A stretch of 64,000 nt of DNA from Malacoraja senta. Taxonomy: Eukaryota. Location: positions 18,788,001-18,852,000 of the forward strand of contig CM075989.1 in the NCBI GenBank assembly GCA_038087875.1. Direction: 5' to 3'. Positions 50,482 through 61,675 of the stretch are shown here, in pieces. Under the pieces are notes generated by a model. It worked only from the letters and a program-made list of their open reading frames with translations, made no database searches and had not been told where the DNA came from. Position 1 is the first letter of the stretch; the number at the start of each line of letters is the position of its first letter. The position numbers were made by a program, and so were the translations under genes.

Positions 50482-53364
50482 TTGAATAGCATGTAAAGCA
50501 AAGCTAATCATAAGTTATAGGAGCAGAATTAGACCATTCAGCACATCAAGTCAACTCCATCACTCAATCATGGCTGATCTATTTTCCCTCTGAACCCCAT
50601 TCTCCTGCCTTCTCCCCATAACCCCTGACACCCCTTTTCACAGTACCTCAGTACACGTGATAATAATAAGCCTAAACTTAAATGATTGTTAGTGCTAAAG
50701 CTATGGGACACACACAGGCAAATGACACTAGTCCAGTTTGCCAGCTTGGTCAGCATGGACAAGGCGGGCCGAAAGGCCTGCTTCCATGCTGAACAGCTCT
50801 ATGACTATCCATTGCAATTACATAGTTGCAGCTGAGAATACTTGTACATTTCGAGGAGTTTATAATTAAAGCCTAGAAAATAATCTTTATTGAAAGCAGA
50901 TGCCTAATAATAGGCTGGAAGGCTATCGTTACTAGGAATCAAGTCCCTTTTCGCCCAGAATATAAAGGATAAAGACATTATGCAATGATAATGAAACATG
51001 TGGTGAGCTTTTATGGTACATTACTTCAATTATTTTGTAATAATTGTTGACTATTTGGGTTGTCAACCATGAATTTTGCAAGTGAGTTCAGGTGTGCGAG
51101 AAGATCATTTGCCAGATTCGATAAGTCTCTGAAAATGTTTTTTTGAAAAAAGACATAAAATGCTGGAGTAACTCAGCGGGCCAGGCAGCATCTCTAGAGA
51201 ACATAGATCTGTGATGTTTCGAGTCGAGACACTTCATTACACTTCTTCAGATCAGTGTAAAGAAGCACCCCGACCTGAAACGTCACTTATCCATGTTCTC
51301 CAGAGATGCTGCCTGACCCGTTGAGTTACTCCAGCACTTTGTGTCTTTTTTTGTAAACCAGGATCTGCAGTTCCTTGTTTTGTCTGAAAATGTGATCTGC
51401 TGCCTCACCTTCATGTGTACCGTCTGTTCCCGTTTCACTGATATCCTCTACGACATCCATCCATGTTCTTGGGCGAGCTATCGTCTTCCCTTCAGACTTT
51501 CTTAAAAATAGATGTTGTTGAGATTTTGTTTTTATTAACTAAATATTTCAAAAGGTATCATCTCATCACAGCTCAAAGATACAAGTATTCTCTCATGTTG
51601 CAGTTGTATAAGATGTTGGTGAGGCCACATTTGGAGTTCAGTTCTGGGCACCATGTTATAAGAAAGATATTGTCAAAATAGAAAGGATGCAGAGATATAC
51701 GAGAATGTTGCCAGGACTCGAGGGCCTGAACTATAGGGAGAGGTTGAGCAGGCTAGAACTCTATTCCTTAGAACGCAGGAGGATGAGGGGTGATCTTATG
51801 GAGGTGTTCAAAATCATAAGAGGAATAGGGGCTAGTGGAGTCAAGGGATATGGGGAGAAGGCAGGCACGGGTTATTGATAGGGGATGATCAGCCATGATC
51901 ACAATGAATGGCGGTGCTGGCTCGAAGGACTGAATGGCCTCCTCCTGCACCTATTTTCCATGTTTCTATGTTTCTATGAATAGGTTGGATAGACACACAG
52001 AGTCTCTTGCCCAAAGTAGTGGAATAGAGAAGCAGAGGACATAGGTTTAAGATGAGGGGAGAAAGATTGAATAGGAACCTGAGGGGTAACCTTTTCACAC
52101 GATGAATGGCAGGTAATATCGCAACATTTAAGAAACAGTTAGACAGGTACATGGATAGGACAGGTCTAGAGGGAATCGGGCCAAAGGCAGGCAGGTGGGA
52201 CTAGTGTAGATGGGACATGTTGGCCGTTGTGGGCGGGCTGGGCAGAAGGGCCTGTGGCCATGCTGCATGACTATGAATCAGGAATGTGAGTAAACCAATG
52301 AAAGCAAGTATCAGGTGGACGATACTTCAGAGCCATGAGTGCATGATCAAATACAAGATTCCATCATCAGCTCAGCTTATTGTCACGTGTACCAATGTAC
52401 AGTGAAAAGCTTTTGTTGAGTGCTAACCAGTCAGCAGAAAGACGATCCATGATTACAGATATCAAATCATGTCCTGATATCTCCATGCGGATACACGGCA
52501 TGGCTTGGAGAAGTCCTCCCAGCTCCCCAGACAATATTTATCCCTCAACCAAAACGGATTAACTCATCAGTTATCTCAAGATGTGTAGGAAGGAACTGCA
52601 GATGCTGGGTTAAACCAATGACAGACACAAATTGCTGGAGTAACTCAGCGGGTCAGGCAGCATCTCTGGAGAGAAAGAATGGGTGACGTTTTGGGTCGAG
52701 ACCCTTCTTCAGACTAGTTAGGTATAATGGAAACGAGAGATGGAGATGATGATGATCTGGTTAGAGCTGCTCTGACAATCCACCGGCCTGTGACTTGTCT
52801 GACCAATGTGCAAAGCATATGCTGGATGCAAATGTTCATTGGTGCTAAAACACATCAACAGCTAAGCAGAAATGTTGTTGAGAGGTTCGTCAGTGCTTCA
52901 ATAAACAAAGGTAGACACAAAATGCTGGAGTAACTCAGCGGGTCAGGCAGCATCTCTGGAGAAATGGAATAGATGATGTTTTGGATCGAGACCCTTCTTC
53001 AGACATTGTCTCCATGGCCACTAAATCGTGGGCCCATGCTACAGTCCGAAGCCAACACAGTGGTGCAGCTGGTAGAGCCACTGCCTCACTGAACAAGAGG
53101 CCCAGGTTACACCCGGACCTCAGGTGCTGTCTGTGTGGAGTCCGCACGTTCTCCCTGTGATCGCCTGGGTTTCCTCCGGGTGCGCCAGTTTCCTCCCACA
53201 TCCCAAAGAGATGTGGGTTTGTCGATTAATTGGCCCTCTGTAAATTGCCCCAAATGCGTTGGGAGTGGATGAGAAAGTGGGACAACGGAGCTCGTGTGAA
53301 TGGGTGATCGATCGATGGTCGGCACGGACTTGGTGGGCCAAAGGCCTTGTTTCCAAGGGCTTGC

Positions 53365-53640
53365 ACATGGACTTCTGTCTCACCTGGAAGGACTGCTGGA
53401 GTCCCTGGACGGATGTGGGGGAGGGGGTATAGGGACAGGTGCTACCTCCTGCGGTTACTGGGGAAAGTACCTGGGGAGGGGGTGGCGTGGGTGGGAAGGG
53501 GTGATTGACCCAAGGTGCTGTGGTAGGGGTGGTCTCTCTGGGAGGCGGAAAGGGCTGTGGATAGGAAGATGTGGCTGGTGATGGAGGTGACGGAAATGTC
53601 GGAGAGTGGTGTGTTGGAAGCGGAGGGCCAGTGAGGACCA
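53365..53640 (-). mobile_element. Decayed Penelope coding fragment (linker upstream of GIY-YIG)
   Basis: TCPYTPSPTSVQGLQQSFQVRQ matches TCPFTSPLYSIQGPKHSFQVRQ of the 5135 copy. Confidence 0.7.
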
Positions 53641-56450
53641 CGGCAATTCTATCCTGTATCTTCCAGTCTATCAATTCAATCATATCCTCACACTATCCAT
53701 CAGAGTTTCACCCTACACCAGATGAGGGAAGAGGATGTCAACTCCCAATACTGTCACACAAAGCACTTCCAATGGTAGTCACTTTCAGCCCTCTGTAATA
53801 AAAGATGTCCGTGCAACGGTCCAAAGATTATTCAACTTGGTGTTCAAGTCGTATATCCTCATGTCAAATAAATCCACCATTGCTAAATGGTGTGGGCGGC
53901 TTTAGTTAAAGGTCTGCAGCTCAGGATGTGGAGTGGACTCTATCAAGCCTGTACTTAGAAACAAATCACTGTCAGATGAGTGTGTTATTGACTTCCTCTG
54001 CAGAAACTGGAATGAAACAAGCTAGCTCTTCACGTTGGCAATTTATACATTAACCCACTAAATCACGAGTTTCAGCTTAAATTAGTTCCTCCCTGCTGAA
54101 TATCAAAATAGAGTTTGGAGACACTAGTTTACCAGGATTGTAGTAGACAGAAGCTGCACATTCTTGAGTTCTTTTAGAGATACAAGATGTAAAAAGGCCC
54201 TTCGACCCACTGAGTCCACGCCGGCCATCGATCACCCATTCACACTAGTTCCATCTTATCCAACGTTCCCATGCACTCCATACACACTAGGGGTAGTTTA
54301 CAGGGACCCATTAACCTACAAACCCGCACATTTTTGGGATGTGGGAGGGGACCGGAGCACCCGGAGGAAACCCATGTGGTCACAGAGTGAACGTGCACAC
54401 TCCACACAGACAGCAGCTGAGGTCAGGATCGAACACTGGGTCTCTGGCGCTGTGAGGCAGCAGTTCCATCCACTGCACCACTGTGCTGCCCTTGTCATTG
54501 TCAAATAAACCTGATTACGTTTCTGTGCCAAACAGGATGCCAAATGAAACTAATCTCCTCTGCCTTCACGTGATTCGTATCCAAAAACTCTCCTAAATGC
54601 CACTAGGGTATCTGCCTCCACCACCACCCCTGGCAGCGCGTTCCAGGCCCCCACCATTTTCTATGTGTGGGGAAAAAAAATTGCCCCACAATCTCCTTTA
54701 AACTTTGCCCCTCTCACCTTAACGTGATGCCCTCTAGAATTTGACATTCCCACCCTGGGAAAAACGTTCTGTCTCTCCTCTCAAAGTTGTATATACTTCT
54801 ATCAGCCTCCCTTCAGCCTCTGATGCAACAGAAAAAGCACCCCACATTTGTCCAACCTCTCCTAGTAGCTCATAACCCCTAATCTAGGCAGCATCCTGGT
54901 AAACCTCTTCTGCACCCTCTCCCAAGCCTCCATATCCTTCCTGTAATGGGGCAACCAAAACTGCACACAATACTCCAAATGTGGTCTAATCCAAAGTCTT
55001 ACAGACATGATTAGGACAATTTTAGAGGGGTAAGGGCCAAACGCAGGAAAATGGGCTTCAGCTTGGATGGGGCATCTTGGTCCAGCATGGATGAGTTGGG
55101 CCGAAGGGTCTGTTTACATGCTGTATGACTCGATGACAGCCTCCGTATTTAGCACACAACGTTTCTTGTGGGATTGCAATATCACATGGAAACTGTCACA
55201 GCACAGATCCAGCCATGGAATTAACAGAGCCTCGTTTAATAGGGTATCCAATGTGTGTAAAAGGCAGCATTCTGCTATCCAACTCGATTTAATCAGTAAT
55301 GAAATGACATGCTGTGGGCTATGGCGTGCCTGATGCATCACAAAGCAAATCTGATTCCTCAGACACTCTTTTAGTCAAGGTTTCCTAATTGATCCTGATC
55401 TCTCAGTGGGTGTTACCATCTAGCTGTTGTGAATTTAGTTTTTAACAGTAATCCTCGTTTATAACATGGAGAGGCAAGTTGCAAATGCCTTCCTCCTTAC
55501 CCTGGCCCTGGCGATGTGAGTAGAACTTGTATTGTTAATGCCCATTCAGGGTGTCGTACAAAAGGCGGTAGAAACCCAGAAACAGAAAAATAGGTGCAGG
55601 AGTCGGTCATTCAGCCCTTCGAGCCAGCACCTACATTCATGGCCGATCATCTAAAATCAGTACCCCGTTCCTGCTTTCTCCCCATATCCCTTGATTCCTT
55701 TAGCCCTAAGAGCTAAATCTAACTCTCTCTTGAAAACATCCAGTGAATTGGCCGCCACTGCCTTCTGTGGCAAAGAATACCACAGATTCACAACTCTCTG
55801 GGTGAAAACGTTTTTCCTCATCTCAGTCCTAAAATGGGTACGCCCTTGTGCAAGAAACATCAACTGAAGGTGGGCTTCACACAATGTGTTGTCAACCGTG
55901 CCAAGGACTAGGCAGCCTCTTCGTTAAAACCCAGGCAATGTTCTTGTAGTTAACACCTTACCTCTTCAAGCAGGTAACTCCCCAGAGTTAGATATAGCTC
56001 TGAGTGCTAACGGAACCAAGGGATATGGGGAGAAAGCAGGAACGGGGTACTGATTTTGGATGATCAGCCATGATCATATTGAATGGCGGTGCTGGCTCGA
56101 ATGGGCCGGATAGCCTACTCCTGCACCTATTTTCTATGTTTCTAAGATGGAGGACTTTTTGGTAAGAGTGCTGAGAGGATTTATGAGGATGTTGCTGGGA
56201 CCTGGGAGGTTGTGCTATAGGGAGAGGTTGGGTAGGCTAGGATGAGGGTGCTCTTATTGAGGTGATAAGATCATGAGGGGAATATGATCATGAGGGGGTA
56301 GATGCACAGTCTTTTACCTGGGGGAGGGGAATCGAGAACCAGAAAACATGGGTTTAAGGTGAGGGGGGGACGATTTAATAGGAACCCAATGAACAACTTT
56401 TTTTACACAAAGGGTGGTAAATGATACTGTAGAGGTGTATAAAAACATGA

Positions 56451-56766
56451 GGGGACGGCACAGTGGTCCAGCAGTAGAGTTGCTGCCTTACAGCACCAGA
56501 GGCCAGGGTTCAATCCTGACTACGGGTTCTGCCTGTATGGAGTTTGCACGTTCTCCCTGTGACCATGTGGGTTTTCTCCGGGTGCTCCAGTTTCCTCCCA
56601 CACTCCAAAGTCGTACATGTTTGCAGGTTAATTGTCTTTGGTAAAGATTGTAAATTGTCCCTAGTGTGTAGGATGGTGCTGGTGTATGGGGATCGCTGGC
56701 CGGCAGGGACTCGGTGGGCCGAAGAGCCTGTTTCCATGCTGTATCCCTAAACTAAACTAAACTAAA
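56451..56766 (+). mobile_element. tRNA-derived V-SINE (HE1-like), full length
   Basis: Same consensus with (CTAAA)n tail. Confidence 0.87.
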
Positions 56767-56941
56767 CCTATAGCCACAGGGCTGGCAATCGGAGGGAAAC
56801 ACAATTACTACCCCCTCCCGTATAACCAATTCTCAACACATTTCAGCATCTTATCCCCAACTGCCCCCATTTGCTCCACCAAGATATTTTCATATTGCCT
56901 GTAGCTGTTATTCCCTTCCAACTCATTGCCATGATTAGTGT

Positions 56942-57188
56942 TTAAGAAGGAACTGCAGATGCTGGAAAATCAAAGGTAGACAAAAATGCTGGAGAAACTC
57001 AGCGGGTGAGGCAGCATCTATGGAGCGAAGGAATAGGTGACGTTTCGGGTCGAGACCCTTCTTCAGACTGATGTGAGGATGGGGGGGGGGGGGGGCGGGA
57101 AGAAGAAAGGAAAGTCCTTTCTTCTTTCCCCCCCCCTCCTCCCCTCCTCCCCTCCCCTCACCCTCACATCAGTCTGAAGAAGGGTCTC
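56942..57188. mobile_element. Inverted Penelope terminal-repeat pair with intact minus-strand hammerhead core (57039-57066)
   Basis: 14-bp TSD gccatRattagtgt (56928-56941 / 57189-57202). Confidence 0.87.
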
Positions 57189-58339
57189 GCCATAATTAGT
57201 GTAGTAGGTTTAGTGGTTTCTGGATATTGTCCCAAGTATGTAGGATAGAACTAGTGTATGGGTGGTCGCTGGCCGGCGCAGAGTCGATGGGCCGAAGGGC
57301 CTGTTTCCACACTGTATCCCTAAAGTTTAAACTCTTTGCCATGGTTGGTACTAACAGTGATGGGAAGTGGGGAGTTTGACTGGTTCACTCTCTGGCTCTG
57401 GTTGACCGTCTGATGACCCCGTCCACTCCTCTGGCCCCTGGCCTCCCTGCTCTCTACATTTATCCTGAGGTTCATTCACTTTGTATTTACATCTCTCCTC
57501 CGTCTCTCTGCACTGACCTCGGCCTCAACTGCTATCGCTGTCACTATTGCCTTCGCTCAGATGGAATATCCATTTATTTTTCTAATAGCAGGCTCTGGTT
57601 AGAACAACCACTTAATCCAGGCCTTATGCTGGTGGGAGAGCTAGATAATTAACATTGTTTAGAAGCGGCAGCATTTAATACGGTATTAAGAATTAACATT
57701 AGCAGTGGTGCAAGAGAGAGATATTCCGTCTGGATCAGTGGAATCAGTGGGACAGATTCTGACAGGATTTTATTGTTAGAACAGAGCGGCACAGTGCAGG
57801 AGCAGGCCCTTCGGCCCACGATATCTGTGTCCAACATGGCCCCTGTGTTCCAGAGTAAAGAATCCAAGTCTGTCCAACCTGAGTCTGAAGGGTTTCAGCC
57901 CGAAACGTTGCCTATTTCCTTCGCTCCTTAGATGCTGCTGCACCCGCTGAGTTTCTCCAGCACTTTTGTCTACCTTCTGTCCAACCTCTCCCTGTAACCT
58001 CTCCCTGTAACCCATCCCCCCCCCGCCGCCGCCGCCGACCAACTCCACCATTTTGTGTTTATCTTCGGTAGAAGCCAGCATCCGCAGTTCCTTCCTACAC
58101 CCCCTAATACAGGCATCATTCTTGTAAACATCCTCTGCACCCTCACCAAAACCTGTTGTACAGCTGCCATTTCCAAGACTTGAGCACATAATCCTCTTAA
58201 ACAACGCTCTTTGCCATACATCTTTTACAACGTAGAGATGGGCCCTTCAACCCACTGAGTCTACACCGATCATCAATTACCCGTTAACACGACGTTTATG
58301 TTATCCCATTCCCTACAATCCCTGAGCGTTTGACAGCAC

Positions 58340-58745
58340 CGGGCCTCGACTCGCTGGAGTTTAGAAGGTTGAGGGGGGACCTCATTGAAACTTACAGAAT
58401 AATGAAAGGCATAGATAGAGTGGATGTGGAAAGGATGTTCCCACTGGTGGGAGAATCTAGGGCCAGAGGACATAGCCTCAGAATTAAAGGGCGCTATTTT
58501 AGAAAGGAGTTGAGGAGGAACTTCTTTAGTCAGAGAGTAGTTGATCTGTGGAACTCATTGCCACAGAGGGCTGTGGAGGCCAAGTCAGTGGATATTTTTA
58601 AAGCAGAGATAGACAAATTCTTGATTAGAATGGGTGTCAAGATTTATGGGGAGAAGCAGGAAAATGGATTAGGAGGCAGAGATCAGCCATGACTAAAAGG
58701 TGGAGTAGACTCGAATGGCCGAATGCCTAATTCTACTCCTATAAC
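58340..58745 (+). mobile_element. CR1 LINE 3' fragment (open frame) inserted in a minus-strand SINE; representative of >30 CR1 3' fragments in the window
   Basis: LEFRRLRGDLIETYRIMKG..RGHSLRI..RRNFFSQRVVDLWNSLPQ is the canonical CR1 ORF2 C-terminus. Other examples: 2283-2585, 9990-10520, 14965-15510, 25480-25920, 46345-46760, 49380-49692, 51595-52275, 54535-54990. Confidence 0.92.
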
Positions 58746-59602
58746 CTGTGAACAAACTAGGGGTAATTTACAGAGGGCAATTAACCTGCAAACCCACAGG
58801 TCTTTGGGTTATGGGAGGAATCCAGAGCACCCAAAGAAAACCCATGCTTGGTCACAGGGAGAACGTGCAAAATCTACAGAGACAGTGCCTGTAGTCAGGA
58901 TCTGAACCTGGTTTCTTTGAAGCAGTCAGGCTACTGACCCTTGCAACTGCTGTTCCGTGGCATGAGATCATTCAAATCAATCCAACTCTAAATCATGTAG
59001 CCTTGAGGCTCGAGAGAAACTTGCTGTGAAACCACATTTGGTATTGGTTTTGGTTCACTATTGTCACATGCAACGGGATACAGTGAAAAACCTTGCATGC
59101 ACGCTCTCTGGTGAAATCATACCATACGCAAGACAGAGAGGAAAATGATTTGATGATGAAGAGAGAGTGGAGAATGAGTGCAGGGATATACCAGTGGGAT
59201 CCAGCAGTCTGTTCCGTAGAAAACCCACACCTCCAGATTCAAGGACAGTTTCTTCCCAGCTGTTATCAGGCAACTGAATCATCCTACCACAACCAGTGAG
59301 CAGCGCTGAACTACTATCTACCTCATTGGTGACCCTCAGATTATGCTTGATAGGACTTAGCTATCATCGCTTTGCACTAAGTGTTATTCCTTTATCATGT
59401 ACTTATACACAGTAAGTGGCTCAATTATAATCATGTATTGTCTTTCCGCTGACTGATAGCATGCAACAAAAGCTTTTCACTGTACCTCGGGACATGTGAT
59501 AATAAACTAAACTGAACTGATGTTGTGGTGGAAGTCGATGTAACCATACAATTGCCTCAAGGAAATCCTTTGTGATCAATGTTATTTTCTTTATTTTCAC
59601 AG

Positions 59603-60168
59603 CCGGTACCGAAACCTTTAACTCCAAAAGCTTGGCCCTGCAAGCTCAGAAGAAGATCCTCACCAAAATGGCCACCAAGGCAGTGGCCAACATGCTCATC
59701 GACGACACGAGCAGTGACATTCTGGACGAGTTGTACAAAGTGGCCAGAGAGTACACGAGCGACAAGAAAGAAGCCCACAAGGTCTTGAAGGATTTGATCA
59801 AGATCGCTTTAAAGATAGGGATCCTCTACCGAAATAATCAGTTCAACCAAGAGGAGGTGGAGATCGTGGACAAGTTCAAGAAGAAGTTAAACCAGGCGGC
59901 CATGACAGCGGTGAGTTTTTACGAGGTCGAGTTCACGTTTGACAGAACCGTTATGGCTGAGCTGCTGAAGGAATGCAAGGACTTGCTGCACGAACTGATC
60001 GAGCGCCACCTCACCCCCAAGTCCCATGGTCGCATCGATCACGTGTTCAGACTCTTTGGCGACACGGAATTCCTGACGGACTTGTACAATCCCGACGGCA
60101 CGTACAAAGAGTCGCTACAGAAAATCTGTCGGGGGGTCAACAAACTGCTCGACGAAGGGATTGTCTGA
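59603..60168 (+). CDS. TNFAIP8L3: TNFAIP8-like 3 (TIPE3), last coding exon; TNFAIP8/TIPE (DUF758) domain
   Basis: Pyrimidine-rich tract and acceptor (ttattttctttattttcacag|) end at 59602. Translation [69 protein letters not shown] is clearly TIPE family. [13 protein letters not shown] and SFYEV fit L3 best. Family is near certain; paralog assignment is less so. Confidence 0.93.
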
Positions 60169-60614
60169 ACGCGGCAGCCTCCGGATCAGGAGGGCATTCG
60201 AGGTGTCACTGATCTGGACAGAACATCCATTCACAATTTTCATTCACCACTTCCACTGTTTGACCTGGGTGCCACAGTGATTCCTTTTGTCTGACTGTTA
60301 CACTGTAGGTGTTTGCATTTAAATACAAACCAGTTTGTGATTCAAATCTGTTGCTTGTGAGAAAGAGTAAACAATCTGTTGTGCCAATGTACCTTGCAAA
60401 GCTTTTGTTAAATTGCTTTTCCACTTGCACACATTGAGATGCTTTGAGTACTGCTGTCTCCAGAATCGAAGGTGTATTCCAGCACAGTAACCCGATTTAT
60501 TGTTGGAAAATGTATTATGGAAACTCAAATGATCTATGGAATAATGGTCTATTAATTCTGAAAATACAACAATTTAGGCCAACAGCTGTCGTTAGCTGGG
60601 TTCAACGGAATTGA

Positions 60615-60858
60615 GTGGCACAGTTGGTAGAGCTGCTACCTCACAGTGCCAGAGACCCAGGTCCAAAACTGACCTCGGCTGCTGTCTTTGTGGAGTTTGC
60701 ATTCTCCCCGTGACCGCCTGGGTTTCCTCCCACCTCTCAAAGACGTGTGGGTTTGTAGTTTAATTGGCTACTGTCAAATCGCCCTTGGTGTGTAGGGAGT
60801 GGATGGTCAGTGCGGAGTCAGTGGGCCGAAGGGCCTGTTTCCATGCTGCATCTCTACA
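60615..60858 (+). mobile_element. V-SINE ~450 bp downstream of the TNFAIP8L3 stop (possibly in the 3'UTR)
   Basis: Same consensus, internally deleted. Confidence 0.8.
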
Positions 60859-61459
60859 CAGAATTGAGAAAACATAAGTCTATTGTGCCTACTACGCTGG
60901 TTCTCCTGTGCTGCTCAATCATTTTCCATTAAAGTTTCCCTTTACAAATATTTATACTGTTGCTTTTTAAATGCAATTATAGATGGTGCTTCTGGTAAAA
61001 TGTTGAAATCCCAGGCAAGGGATTGCAGGCTCCGATGGTAAGTCAGTCTCAAAGTCAGTCTCAAGCAAGGCCGCCAGCTCCACCATGTTAGGCCGCAGAG
61101 CGACCAGAGGTACGATCCGGAAAACGATCGCATCTCCAGCAAGGTAATAGATTGAGAAAAAAAGTTTCCCCGGACCCCACCACCACCACCACCACCCCTC
61201 CACATAAAATAAACCAGAGAACATTAACACATACTTTCTAAAACACACTAAAAATAACAAATAGACAAAAAGACAGACAGACCGTTAGCGAGGCTGCCAT
61301 CGCTACCCGGTGGAATATGGAGGATGTTTCCTTAGTAGTGGGAGAATCTAGAACCAGAGGGAATAGCCTCAGAATAAAAGGTCGCACCTTCAGAATGGAG
61401 ATGAGGAGGAATTTCTTTAGCTAAAGTGTGTGTTTCTTTAGCACAGAGGGAGGTCAGGA

Positions 61460-61675
61460 CACCAAGCGCTGGAGCAACTCAGCGAGTCAGGCAGCATCTC
61501 AGGAGGACATGACTAGGTGGCCTTTCAGGTCGGGATCCTTCTCCAGTCTGAAGAAGGGTCCCACCATGAAACGTCACCTACCCATATTCACCTGAGATGC
61601 TGCCTGACCCGCTGAGTTACTCCAGCGCTTGGTGTCGTTTTCTTTGCAAACCAGCATCTGGAGCTCCTTGCGACT
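61460..61675. mobile_element. Decayed palindromic Penelope terminal-repeat insertion downstream of the stop codon
   Basis: gctggagcaactcagcg..gcagcatctc arms in inverted orientation around ctgaagaagggt..gaaacgtc. Confidence 0.75.

Larger units (their letters stand above)
29918..59602 (+). other. TNFAIP8L3: Phase-1 GT-AG intron of the TNFAIP8L3-like gene (29,685 bp)
   Basis: Starts gtaagt and ends cacag; the join is frame-compatible and gives 203 aa; no other convincing coding exon seen between. Confidence 0.75.

Noticed and set aside
59572..59602. ORF-track N-terminus [10 protein letters not shown]
   Set aside because: GTG start inside the intron's pyrimidine tract; the exon begins at 59603.
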